Assembly: GCF_006345805.1 (NCBI RefSeq)
Contig: NC_042997.1
Coordinates: 185,876,001-185,940,000, forward strand
Length of the DNA: 64,000 nt
Direction of reading: 5' to 3'
Origin: Octopus sinensis
Taxonomy: Eukaryota
Shown here: positions 39,085 through 51,784 of the stretch, one piece after another
How the letters are laid out: each line of letters opens with the position of its first letter
Position numbering within the stretch: the stretch's first letter is position 1
The notes under the pieces: model-generated
Seen by the model: only the letters and a program-made list of their open reading frames with translations
Databases searched by the model: none
What the model was told of the DNA's origin: nothing
Program-made: the position numbers and the translations under genes

Positions 39085-39300
39085 TGATTTCAAATTTTGG
39101 CACAAGGCCTTCAATTTCGGAAGTGGGGGTAAATCAATTTCATTGACTCCAGTGCTCAACTGGTGCCTATTTTATCGAATTTGAAAGGATGAAAGGTAAA
39201 GTCGACCGCGATGGAATTTGAACTAAGAACATAAAGGCAGACGAAATGTCGCTAAGCTTTTTACCCGGTGTGCTAACGATTCTGCCTGCTCGCCGCGTTA
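39085..39300 (-). mobile_element. SINE A (tail type 2)
   Basis: Reverse of head/core/tail 2. Confidence 0.8.
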
Positions 39301-39444
39301 ATAGGGAAGTTAAATATTAGACTGCCATACTAATGGTAAAAAAGGTAAAGTCCCCCTTCAGTCATAAATGACCATGGGATTACACCTAACAATTTTCCCA
39401 CGGAGCCACAAGCCCAGGCAAAATTGTTTATGGATGACAAGTAG

Positions 39445-39480
39445 CTAATAGCTGGCTGGCTGGATGGCTGGCTGGCTGGA

Positions 39481-39518
<38 letters not shown>

Positions 39519-39550
39519 GATAGATAGATAGAGAGATAGACAGATAGATG

Positions 39551-39625
<75 letters not shown>
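39445..39625. repeat. (GGCT)n followed by (GATA)n tetranucleotide repeats
   Basis: Direct inspection. Confidence 0.95.
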
Positions 39626-41212
39626 GGAAGTTTCAGTCTTTTGAGAAGTATGGAACCAATTCTTAGCCATTAAACCGTAGTAGCAAACGTCAGGGTCCCA
39701 GCTAAGAGCTAATTAGCATGTTATGTGAGAAACTCCAAGCACAAACTGCCTTGACAGTGCCGTATGAAAGAAATAAGCTAAGAGAGTTAACGGAGGTAGA
39801 AAATCAAAGACTGGTATCTCTCAAGCGGTCCGGTGTCGACTCTATCAACTTTTGGCAGCTTTGAAGTTCATAGAGCTAGGAACAGGCCACGCTAATGTAA
39901 AGCGTGGCGAATGTAAAGTTTACTTTACTTGCTGATCACAGCTACTCTCTTAGCTAGTCGAGCCACTGTTGTCAGACCTCCAAGTCTAGAGGTTTGGATC
40001 AGATTGCGTGGACGGACTCTCTCTTTAAAACTACTAAACGCAGGCAAAAATAAAAGCCCTGCTTCGTCAAGGTTCGGTTTACGTAACCAATTGTGGGAGA
40101 CCGCTATACTTCACGATTTTCAGATACGAAGAAACTGCTATCATAGCTACATGTAGTCGCGTGCTATTATTACTATATTCCGGATATGCTAATACGATCA
40201 AATAACTAGAAATACTAAACAATGCAGACGATGTAAAATTACCACATCGGTGGTAGAATTTGTTGATATTCTGCTGCTAACAGTTGAGTGAAATTACGTA
40301 ATTGAATGAATAAGAAACAAAGTGACCGTCTGTCCGTAAATAATTGTTTGATTGATTAAGAGATACTAATGTCTCCTGGGTAATTAGCATTGGTCAAGAA
40401 TAACTAATATCAAGGAAAATTAGGATTGGTGTAGAATCATTAAAATTCCCAGAATAATTGTAATTGATTGAGAAGGACCAACATCCAAATCGGAATTAAG
40501 AGAAACACTAAAATAAAGATGGCAGTTAATGCAAATATAAACAAATGAAGGCAAGCTCGCAGTCAGTAGTAATGTTTGTATCTTTGATATATTTCCATTA
40601 TCGTCTTTTAATAAATAAATGCATGTATATTAATTTCATATACATATTCGTAATCGCGCTCAGTCATTCGTATGCATATATATGTACATATAGACTATAT
40701 ATATATATATAATTATATAGAGAGAGACACATATACATATACATATATAAACAGACAATTGTGTGTATGTGTTTGTGCGTGTGTGTGTGTGAGATCCTTA
40801 CGGAATTAAAGATGGCGCCTCCATTGCCGTATTTAAAACTTCGCAAAATCCCACCGCAGAACAGAAAAACAGAAGAGAAGCAGAAAATATCGCCTGCAAG
40901 GCTGGTACGATATTTGTCGTCAACGGATGGAGGAAATGTAAAGCTGACCCAACCGAGATTTGAACATACAACGCACGTAGCGGATACGAATGATGCACTG
41001 TAATCGATTTGATGCTCTAATGGCTCTGACAATTTGTCGATATGCAAATATATCTGTCATTGTGTGTGCGTATGTCAGTGTGTGTGTGTGTGTGTGTGTT
41101 TGTGCAACTACGGTAAGTGTTTTTCACTCGAATAAGTAAAGTTATTTCAAACTTTTCATATCGAAGAGACCAGAGTTCGAGTTTAATCTTATACATACAC
41201 AACATGTTTGTT

Positions 41213-41752
41213 GCTTCTCGAGCCACACCTGACTCATAAGGGCCGGTTTCCTTGGTGTATAGGTTCCCCACCTGGACGGGACGCCGGTCCATCGCAGGTG
41301 AGCTGCAAGGTGCAAGAGGAAAGAGTGAGAGAAAGTTGTGGCGAAAGAGTCAGCAGAAGTTCGCCATTACCTTCTGCCAGAGCTTCGTGGAGCTTAGGTG
41401 CTTCGCTCATAAACACACACATCGTCCGGCCTGAGATTCGAACCCGCTATCCCTCGACCACGAGTCCGCTTCTCTAACCACTAGGCCATGTGCCTCCACA
41501 AGTGCCTAAAATTATTGTTTTGTTTACTCCTTCTCGAGACACGCCTGGCTCATAAGGGCCGGTTTCCCGGTTTGCTTGGCGTATAGGTTCCCCACCTGGA
41601 CGGGTCGCCGGTCCGTCGCAGGTGAGCCTCAAGATGCAGGAGAAAAGAGTGAAAGAGAGTTGTGGCGAAAGAGTCAGCAGAAGTTCGCCATTACCTTCTG
41701 CCAGGTGTTTCGCTCATAAACACACACATCGCCCGATCTGAGATCCGAACCC
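41213..41752 (-). mobile_element. Two tandem SINE family C copies (41213-41499; 41527-41752, the second lacking its head end)
   Basis: Both carry CTCATAAGGGCCGGTTTCC...CCCCACCTGGACGGG...GAAGTTCGCCATTACCTTCTGCC. Confidence 0.85.
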
Positions 41753-42367
41753 GACATACACATCATAATGAAAAGTAAAGCTTTTTTCCAGCGTTACCCA
41801 TAAGGCCAGTTTCTGTGGCGTATATATTCCTTACTGGATGAAATGCCAGACCATCTCAGAATTACCCATTTTTACCAGTTGAATAGACTGGAACAACTTG
41901 ACATTAAGTGTCTTGCTCAAGAGTATAATGTGTTGCCCTATCAAGAATTTGAAACTAGAATCTTACAATCATGTGTCCAACACCCTTACTTACGCTTCTT
42001 CTTCCTTTTCTTCTTCTTCTTCTTCTCTTCTTCTTCTTCTTCTCTTCTTCTTCTTCTTCTTCTTCTTCTTTCTTCTTCTTCTTCTTCTTCTATTATTATT
42101 ATTATTATTATTCCTCTTCTTCTCTCTTTCACTTTCTCTTTCTCTCTCTCTCTCTCTCTCTCTACCTACCTATCTATATTCTATTATGCGTTTTAGCCCA
42201 AAGGGTGTGGCCACACTAGGGCACCGCCAGTAATGAACGTGTATCAGAAGACCGCAGAGAGGATACATATTCACATTATAAGGTATTAAAAATACTCCAC
42301 ATTTGTATTGTCTTCTGGCAAATCAACAGAGATTTAATATCTTTTGGCGTTAATACAGCTTCTGTCG

Positions 42368-42408
<41 letters not shown>

Positions 42409-42531
42409 CACACCCGCACATATACATACATACTTAAATACATGCATACATACATACATACTTACAAACATACATATATGTATACACACACATAGGCATG
42501 TATTTGTATGTTGATATTTAAAATAAAATTT

Positions 42532-43122
42532 AAGGCGGCGAGCTGGCAGAAACGTTAGACGTCGGGCGAAAAGCTTAGCGGTGGTATTTCGTCTGCCGTT
42601 ACGTTCTGAGTTCAAATTCCGCCGAGGTCGACTTTGCCGTTCATCCTTTCGGGGTCGATTAAATATGTACTAGTTACGCACTGGGGTCGATATAATCGAC
42701 TTAATCCCTTTGTCTGTCCTTGTTTGTCCTCTCTGTGTTTAACCCCTTGTGGATAGAAAAGAAATAGGTATTTCGTCTGCCGTTACGTTCTGAGTTCAAA
42801 TTCCGCCAAGGTCGACTTTGCCTTTCATCCTTTCGGGGTCGATTAAATTAAGTACCAGTTACGCACTGGGGTCAATATAATCGACTCAATCCCTTTGTCT
42901 GTCCTTGTTTGTCCTCTCTGTGTTTAGCCGCTTGTGGATAGTAAAGAAATAGGTATTTCGTCTGCCGCTACGTTCTGAGTTCAAATTCCGCCGATGTCGA
43001 CTTTGTCTTTCATCCTTTCGAGGTCGATAAATTAAGTACCATTTGCGCACTGGGGTCGATCTAATCGACTGGCCTCCTCCCCCAAAATTTCGGGCCTTGC
43101 GCATAGAGTAGAAAAGCATATT
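42532..43122 (+). mobile_element. SINE A trimer (head + A1 + A1 + tail-2 unit)
   Basis: Junctions AAAGAAATA|GGTATTTCGTCTG at 42766 and 42951 (185-bp unit); GGT duplication at 42580-42585 in the head at the same site. Confidence 0.92.
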
Positions 43123-43818
43123 AAAATAAAATTTGTTTCCTTCATGTGACACCATATTAGCCAGAAGGGCATGTGATGTTATTACCAGCAGGTAAATGTA
43201 TCTCTTACATACACTCGTATATGTATGCTCTACGACACAAAATATACGCGGAAACTCGCCCACGCGCACCAACATACATCTACGTCTATACATATTTGTA
43301 TGTGGGTGTAAATGTATGTTTTAAAGTACCTGAGCTCCTTCATACATTAATTTATCTGCACGCTAGAATGCATATATGCATGTGTGTGTGTGCATCTGTG
43401 AGTATATGTATCAATGTGTGCGTGTATGTGTGTGTATAGACAATCAGGTATGTATAGATATATTTCTTTATACGTACGCGGGTGTGTGTGTTTTTGCGTT
43501 TGTGTGTATGAGTGTGCGTATGTGTGAATGTATGTGTTTGTGTGTGTGTAAGTGTATGTGTGTGTGCGCATGTGTGTGTTTGTGTTTTTATGTGAGTGTG
43601 TGAATGTTTGAAAGTGCTGGCAGAAGGAACCGATGTGGTTTTACAATATTTTGAACCATTAAATCAAAGTGCCAACTTCAGGTGCTTACGTAACAATTGT
43701 GTTAGCATTTGACTTGTTATCCGTCTGAAATTTATACACCACATACTTTACTTTATTAATTTATAATAAATATATTTCTGTACGTGTGACATTTAATCAG
43801 TCAGTGAGTGCACCATCA

Positions 43819-43875
<57 letters not shown>

Positions 43876-44174
43876 GAAATAAATATATTTAGCCTCTGTT
43901 CAGACTGTCTTCCCGGTTTACAGCCTCTAATTCGAGAAAACAGATCTCGTTTTCACCTTGTAATGGCAAATTAGCAATGACACCTTTCAGCGAAGTCGTT
44001 TGATGCCAACCTCATGTGTGTGTATGGCTGTGTGTGTGCAATTCTGCTTGCAAACGTCGTATATACAAGAATAGAAACTTGTACATAATACAGCAACATA
44101 TATGCGTGTGTTAGTGTCTATATGCCTGTCTAGTCAAATTATGTGTGTGTGTGCGTGTATATATATATATATAT

Positions 44175-44218
<44 letters not shown>

Positions 44219-44296
44219 ATATATATATATATATATATATATATCTGTCTGTATATCTATCTGTCTGTCTCACTCTCTGTCTCTATCTTCTCTCCC

Positions 44297-44352
<56 letters not shown>

Positions 44353-44383
44353 ACTATCTCTATATGTCTATATAAATAGATAG

Positions 44384-44422
<39 letters not shown>

Positions 44423-44754
44423 AGCTACCTTCATCTCTGCTTCTTCCTTCTTTGTTATCTAATTAAATTAAAGGCATACCAGCGAAAACCACGAGTTTAC
44501 CATTGTTATTATATCCATTTTCTTCTTCTATATAACCTAAACTACTGTTTATCAACCGAACCACCTGCTACCGTACAACCTTACAAAATGACTGTACCTA
44601 CCCAGGTAATAACCAGGAGCGTCTTTTGATTTAATTATTCCTTAGAGGTATTAAACCCCTCTAACTGATACCTACACTATATATATATATATATATATAT
44701 ATACATAAATCTCTGAGCGAGGTATGAACAGTAGCTGCAACACATCGTGAAGCC

Positions 44755-44871
44755 TATTTGCCACTTAAATGTGGCTAACCCCTAAGACTCGAGTTTCTGG
44801 GTATTGACCCGTCGTCAGTGATCACCAATAGCATCCACCCTTAGGGGTTAGCCACATTTAAGTGGCAAATA
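44755..44871. mobile_element. Small fold-back element (32-bp inverted arms) with a minus-strand hammerhead core at 44781-44823
   Basis: TATTTGCCACTTAAATGTGGCTAACCCCTAAG / CTTAGGGGTTAGCCACATTTAAGTGGCAAATA; minus CTGACGA-c-GGG/tcaata/CCC-a-GAAAC-TCGA-GTC-TTAGG. Confidence 0.75.
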
Positions 44872-45226
44872 TAATTCACTATGTATGTATGTATGTATGT
44901 ATGTATGTATGTATGTATGTATGCATGTATGTATTACATGCATGTATGTATTACATGCATGCAAACATACACGTCTAGTTGCTAAAGTATATACAATTGC
45001 ACACATACATACTCTCCAGAACATGGTACTAAAATATTTTGATGTATTAAAAGTGACATACATCTAAGTAGCAATTATTTGTCCTTGTTTCAACTACTCT
45101 GTATGCAATGATAAATCGTTGAAGATCAGTGGAACATACACACACGTATATATTTACATGATGTTTCCTGTGACATTTGAAGCACGATGTAACAAAGCTG
45201 TTTGTTGCACAATTCTTTTCCTACAG

Positions 45227-45298
45227 GCGACCTGAATGCTTGTTCAAAAATAAACCTGAGATAGTTCTAAGATAATTTTTTGCACATTATCTTTCGCG
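45227..45298 (+). other. Candidate non-coding exon (72 nt, stops in all frames)
   Basis: Strong acceptor TTCTTTTCCTACAG| and donor GCG|GTGAGT. Confidence 0.25.
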
Positions 45299-45889
45299 GT
45301 GAGTAAAAATGTTTTGGTATATGTATTTTAATGAAGACCTGACAAATCCCTACAGGAAAAAAAAAAACATCACTCTTATGCCGAAATTATTTCAAAGGAA
45401 GCATATTAAAAATAATTTTAAGAGTTTTGATAAAATCAACATACCGAAATTCCTTTAGCCTTACAGTTGTTTACGAACTTCATCGAAAGAAAGAACTGAA
45501 TTTTTAAAACCTATTATTAAAATGAAACAAAATGAAAATGGATTTTTATGCATTCAAAAAACACATCTTTGATATGTTTCCTTGAAGTATTTTAATATTC
45601 TTCATTCAAAAAACTTTTGTACAAGAGTTTTTGGTTTGTCTTTCTTTATATACATTTTTTTTTGGTCGGAAAGAGCAATTGTAATATGGAGTTTTGTCGT
45701 CTCCCCTTATTTCAAGAAAAAAACAATTGCATTCTGTAAAGCTAAAACTAATTTTTTTAAATATATACTTTGAACTATTTTATTCAGTTTTGTTGCTCCT
45801 GAAGTAAATAACAGTAACTATTATCGATTAATATCATCATCATCTTCATCGTCATCATCATCATTATCACTATTATAAACATTCTTATT

Positions 45890-47090
45890 TATAGACTTTG
45901 CACAACTTCTAACGCTGGATATGTACTACGGTGCTAGCTGTTCACTACCAGTGAACTATGGTGACACCCCTTATTTTTCGAGCACCTTCCGGAGTATTCG
46001 AGCGATTCCAAACAGTGCTGTTTTCTGCAAGTTCCCCCCCCCTTTATTGCAGCCTCTATCTGTTCTATATACTTCTCAAGATTTTTACTCGCTGTTCTCA
46101 TGACTTCGACAATTATTGGTACTACTACCACCTTTTTCATCGACCACAACTGCTTAACCTCCCAAGCTAACCTGTCATATCCTTCGACTTTTCTTTCTTC
46201 CTTATCGCATACCTTGTTGTCAGCTGGGAATACTATATCTATGATCCAGCATCGTTTGCCTTCTTTCTCAGTTAACACTATGTCTGGTTTCCTATTCTCC
46301 TTCTCATGATCACACTGAATCATAAAATCCCATAGGATCTTTGCATTATTATTTTCGACGATGCCTTCGGATTTATCTTCATAGCACGTTTTTGCTCTGT
46401 AGCCTTGAATTCCATCTGGTCCCGCTTGTTTTAGTTCTTGCAACCATTCAGCATCCTTCTTGTGCTCCTTGTCTTTGCTCCAGATGCAACTCCCAAACCT
46501 TTGACTTTCAATGTTTTCTAGTATCAACTTTTCATCTGTACACCCTCCATTTATTTCTTTATAGAATCTCTTCTGATCTACTCTGTATAGCCTATCCTGC
46601 TGGTAGCACTTCATTCTTTGGTCGTATCTTACCATCTTTACTTTCTTTGCTACGAGGCGCTATTTCAGTTCCTCCATTACCGCTTTCAGTCCCTTTCTCT
46701 TTCAATATCACACTTTCTGTTCAGTGTCCTGTATTTTTGTTTGCTTTTAAGCTCCCCTTTCTCTTTTCGGTCTAACACAGAAGTGTCTTTCGAGACCACG
46801 TGTAACTCCGCCTGTATTCTTCTTTTCCACCATGGATATTTTCTTTTGTCACTACAATATTTCTTTTTCTTGACATTAGCAACCCACATTTTCTGCTACG
46901 ACAATACTTGCTGCCTTGATCAAATTGCTTGCTTCTGTGATATTTTTTGTTCTGATGTATTTCAGAATTTCATTGACATTTTTTCGTTTCTTGGTTCAAT
47001 TTCCAACAATCAACCTTTTTAAGGTTGCAAATAATGTCGCTATCGTTCTCAATCTTTTGTCGTAGATTGCCTTTTGCTCGTCTGTCTTGT
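45890..47090 (-). mobile_element. Internally deleted R4/Dong-like non-LTR retrotransposon (RT removed); 233-aa ORF 45934-46635 with RLE endonuclease
   Basis: Pre-RT motifs (YQQDRLYRVDQKRFYKEI, IWS..KEH.KDAEWL) joined via GPDGIQGY directly to ENNNAKILWDFMIQCD...RKPDIV...IIDIVFPAD...KEERK..YDRL...VPIIV. Confidence 0.88.
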
Positions 47091-47188
47091 CACCGTTAGT
47101 TTTATTGTCTCCTTCCAAACCGTCTATATGTCACTCTCGAGCATTATTATTATTGTTGTTGTTGTTGTTGTTGCTGTTGTTGATTTTG

Positions 47189-47267
<79 letters not shown>

Positions 47268-47290
47268 CAGTAGTAGTTGTTGTTGTAGTA

Positions 47291-47515
47291 AGGCAGCGGT
47301 AACCTGGCAGAATCGTTAGCACGCCGGGCAAAATTGCTTAGTGACATTACATCTGTCTTTACGTTCTGAGTTCAAATTCCGTTGAGGTCAACTTTTGCTT
47401 TTCATCCTTCCCAGGCCGATAAAATAAGTACCAGTTGATTACAGGGTCGATGATTATCAACTAGCATCCTCCCCCCCCCCCCGAAATTACTGACTTTGTT
47501 CCAAACTTGAAATCA
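47291..47515 (+). mobile_element. SINE A (tail type 2)
   Basis: Head GAATCGTTAGCACGCCGGG, core and tail 2; preceded by (AGT)n. Confidence 0.8.
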
Positions 47516-47956
47516 TTATTCTTATTAACCTGCATTAATATTGGAAGGTGCTGGAAATGGTTGACACAAGGCTCATTTACATAAGTTAACAAACCGTACA
47601 TGCGCCTTATTTGCAGGTCTTCACATTACAGATCTTCTGATGCAGCGTGTTTTGAATAGGGTTACAATAAAACTTATCATAAAACCACACTGTATAACAT
47701 ACATATTGATGACATTCAGTTACTTTTCTCACTTTTCTTTGGTATGATCCAATTCTTTATAAACTGTGTGTAGACAAACAAATTGCTTCTTATTGATGGC
47801 TTTTGATTTTCTTTTCGTTAACATGTCTAAGCAACACCAGACTAAATGGTTTTTCAGTCTATATTTAAGTTGACTTACTTTACGGAAAACCTTGCTCACA
47901 ATTCTTACTAGATATATGACAGTTACCCATCTCAATGCTCATTATAAAAAAAAAAA

Positions 47957-48276
47957 GACTCCGCCGGTTACGACGACGAGGGTCCCAGCTGATACGATCA
48001 ACGGAACAGCTTGCTCGTGAAATTAACGTGCAAATGGCTGAGCATTCCACAGACACGTGTACCCTTAACGTACTTCTCGGGGATAATCAGCGTGACACAG
48101 AGAGTGACAAGGCTGACCCTTTGAAATACAAGTACAACTCATTTTTGCCAGCTGAGTGGACTGGAGCAACGTGAAATAAAGTGTCTTGCTCAAGGACACA
48201 ACGTGTCGCCTGGAATCGAACTCACAACCTTACGATCATGAGCCGAATGCCCTAACCACTAAGCCACGCGCCCTCA
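47957..48276 (-). mobile_element. SINE family E (E1), full length
   Basis: Minus head GAGGGCGCGTGGCTTAGTGGTTAGGG...GAGTTCGATTCC, CORE-like CCTTGAGCAAGACACTT. Confidence 0.88.
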
Positions 48277-48618
48277 ACTAATGCTCATTATACTTCTAAA
48301 GCCATAAGCCTTTTTTTTTTTGAAGATCAAATGTCACCATTTGTGCTATGTCTAAATTCATTGAACTTTATACCACTACTTTCATATGAAATTAAAGTGT
48401 GTCGAATATCCGACATCGGTTTGAGACTATTACAGCGCCTAAAGAAAAAACTTTTTCCTTTCTAGTTTGTGAATTTATATTTAAAAAATAAGAAAGAGAT
48501 GGAGAATAAATGGGTCTGTAATTATTTAGGCACATCTCCCTCAAAACTACATGGGGGGAAGTATACTCGGAAGAAATGTGAAACAGACATTAAAAAAAAA
48601 CCACTGTCACACGTTAAC

Positions 48619-49045
48619 TACCGTAAATCTTCGAGTATAGTCCGCCCTTGAGTATAATACGCAGGGGATTTTTAGGGGGCTGTACCTCTGAAAAACCTAA
48701 ACCTTGTGTATAATACACACCCCTTCTCTAACTTGAGTCAAGGAGGTCTATATAACGCTCTTGGTTTGTAAAAATGTATATGGTAAAGTCCTTTATTATT
48801 GCCTTCTTGCCTTCTTTATCTTTGGCATCTGTTTAATTTCATCTTTATTTCTTCTCCATAACCTAACATTGCTTTCGTCAACATCAAATTTTCTTCCGGC
48901 GGCCATATTAACATACTCTTCAGCATATGATATAACTTCAAGTTTAAACATAGCCGAATAAGATCTACGAGGCATTTTATGGACATGTAATGTATAAAAT
49001 GTTTTATTGGAGATTATACTCATCATAACTGTCCGTTTCACTTGG
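48619..49045 (-). mobile_element. Internally deleted pogo/Tigger-like DNA transposon with an N-terminal Brinker-type DNA-binding domain ORF (48796-48975)
   Basis: MPRRSYSAMFKLEVISYAEEYVNMAAGRKFDVDESNVRLWRRNK; terminus TA-CCGTAAATCTTCGAGTATAG at 48619; the 5' end is lost next to family D copies. Confidence 0.75.
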
Positions 49046-49050
49046 TAAAC

Positions 49051-50070
49051 AAGGCACGTGCATCACAACCATGTGTGCGTGACATGGTGATATCATAGCA
49101 AGATAAACAGTGCATGACCTTGCAGGTGGTGCCAAGTTAATATTTTTTCCAGGTCAAAAGATCCCTGAATAAGAGTTATTTAAGGATGATGAACGAAACA
49201 CCCATGTTTCCAGAGGTGAATCATTCATACCCCAAAGAATTACTCTCAACAGTTGGCTATGATGCTCCCCCCACAACTTTTGCTCGTGATCAGAGATGCA
49301 CATATCGTCAGCCAATAAGAGACATGTTCACCTATTTAAGATCAAGCAACTGACGAGCAAATCTGGTAATGAGCAGAGTATTTGCTGTAGCCTATCTTTT
49401 ACACCAAGACAAAATATGTACATCATAACACTTCCAATCAGTTAAGATCAGAAACCATGAGAGCCGCTACCTGGTACTGCATCAAAGGATCAATATTATC
49501 ATAATTATCATGTGAAATTCATATTTTACTCCATTATCAAAGTAATACTGGAGTAAAATATATGAAGCCTAGAATACCCATCATGACTACTCGTCTTATA
49601 AGGGTACACCAGGCACATGCATTACAACTGTATGTGCACGACATGGCGATCTTATACCAAGATAAACAGCGCATGATCTTGCCGGTGGGGCACAGTTAAA
49701 ATTTTCTTCAGATCGAGTAGCCCATCCCACTCAAAAGGTCCATGATTAAAGGTTGTTTAAGGATGTTGAACGAAACAACCATGTTTACAGAAGTGAATCA
49801 TTGAAACCCCAAAGAATTCCTCACTACAGATTGCTATGATGCTCCCCCACCACTTCTGCTCCTGATTAGAGATTCACATATCGTCAGCCACCAAGGGACA
49901 CGCTCAAGTGGTTAAGGTCAAACAACTGACAAGAAAATGTGTGGCATTGAGCTGAAAATTTCCTGTAGCCCATCTTTTACACCAAGACAAAACAACATGT
50001 ACATGATAACACTTCCAATCATTTAAGATCAGAAGCCATGAGAGCCAGTGCCTGGTACTGCATCAGAGCA
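49051..50070 (-). mobile_element. Two tandem family D retroposons (49051-49492; 49547-50070)
   Basis: Each is the reverse complement of 55215-55770; the first lacks the 3' end and has an internal deletion. Confidence 0.85.
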
Positions 50071-50584
50071 TCAGTATTATCATTATTATTGTTCTGGTTG
50101 TTGTTGTTGTTTCTGGTGTTGTTGTTGCTGTTGTTTTTGTTGTTATTTGTTAACTTTCTGACTGCATATGAAAAAATAAAATACATAATAAGAGAGGTCC
50201 CAATAGTCTGACACAAATACATCGTATTGAAGAAAGAAAAAGAGTAAAAAAAAGAAAAAAGGAAGCAAATCTGAATGAAATAAATAAAATAATAAACCCC
50301 CCAAAAAATACAAAATGTAATACCTCAAACCCCATCATATTGGCATAAATTCAGCAATTCTCTTTTAGCATTTTCTCTGATACTATTGAACCACAAGTAG
50401 GTAAATTGCTCTGGAAGTTAAACATTGACCAGAATGCGTTTCCACTGACCAAAAACATTGTATTGCAAAATCGATAGTTTGGTTTAAAATCCAATCTCGC
50501 AAGCTGTCAGAAATTTAGATTGTGGTACTGACTGCTGTCGAACGTTCTGCTTACTCACTTAAGGGAGATTGCTTAAATAAACAA

Positions 50585-50597
50585 TACATTATTATTG

Positions 50598-50649
<52 letters not shown>

Positions 50650-50895
50650 CATTATTATTATTATTATTTTATTTATTATTATTATTATTATTTGTAGTAG
50701 TAGTAGTAATAGCAGTAGTGGTAGTAGTAGTAATAGCAGTAGTGGTAGTAGTAGTATCGTTGTTGTTGTTGTTGTTGCTGTTGCTGTTGTTACTGCTGTT
50801 GTCGTTGTTGTTCTGCTTGGTGTTTTTGCTGTGCATGTTATCTTTGTTAATACTATGAGTATTATTATTGTTATTATTATTATTATTATTATTAC

Positions 50896-50950
<55 letters not shown>

Positions 50951-51030
50951 GTTGTTGTTGTTGTTGTTGTTGTTTTATAATTATTATTATTATTATTTGT
51001 AGTAGTAGTAGTAGTAGTAGTAGTAGGGTA
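50585..51030. repeat. Compound (ATT)n/(AGT)n/(GTT)n microsatellite
   Basis: Direct inspection. Confidence 0.95.
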
Positions 51031-51350
51031 TGGGCGATGGGGGTAAATGATGGTGCTATGGTTGCTGCATCTACTTTGAATAATCTGATTATAAAGTTTG
51101 TTCCCTTGCACCAGATGGTGATTAATACCCATCACTTCAGCAGCAATAATCGAATCAACAACAACAACAATAATATAAATAACAAGAGCAGATGAAATCG
51201 CAGTAATTGAGGCAGAGGTAACAGTAGCAATTGCCACATTCACTACAGTAGCAGTAACAGCAACATTGGTTATTGCAAACCCAACACTAATATTACTGTG
51301 ATGGAAAACAGCAAAATAAGATTGGAATGAATATTAACAATATACAATAT

Positions 51351-51784
51351 AGGCGCAGGAGTGGCTGTGTGGTAAGTAGCTTGGTTACCAACCACATGGT
51401 TCCGGGTTAGAGTCCCATTGCGTGGCACCTTGGGCAAGTGTCTTCTACTATAGCCTCGGGCCGTCCAATGCCTTGTGAGTGGATTTGGTAGACGGAAACT
51501 GAAAGAAGCCCGTCATATATATGTATATATATGTGTGCGTGCGTGTGTGTGTGTGTGTGTGTATGTGTTTGTGCGTCTGTGTTTGTCCCCCCCCCAACAT
51601 CGCTTGACAACCGATGGTGGTGTGTTTACGTCCTCGTCACCTAGCGGTTCGGCAAAAAGAGACCGATTGAATAAGTACTAGGCTTACAAAGAATAAGTCC
51701 TGGGGTCGATTTGCTCGACTAAAGGTGGTGCTCCAACATGGCCACAGTCACATGACTGAAACTAGTAAAAGAGTAAAAGAGTAA
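51351..51784 (+). mobile_element. SINE family B, full length
   Basis: All modules present. Confidence 0.92.

Noticed and set aside
39640-40160. Unique-looking, GC-richer block with weak LINE-like words on the minus strand
   Set aside because: Stops in all frames examined; similarity too weak to assign without a profile search.
42197-42285. Apparent exon PKGCGHTRAPP...
   Set aside because: The 5' part is a decayed SINE tail fragment (GCCCAAAGGGTGTGGCCACACTAGGGCACCGCC).
42532-43122. CRISPR-like array interpretation of the SINE-A multimers
   Set aside because: Units are ~185-bp SINE bodies with no unique spacers; eukaryotic context; no cas genes.
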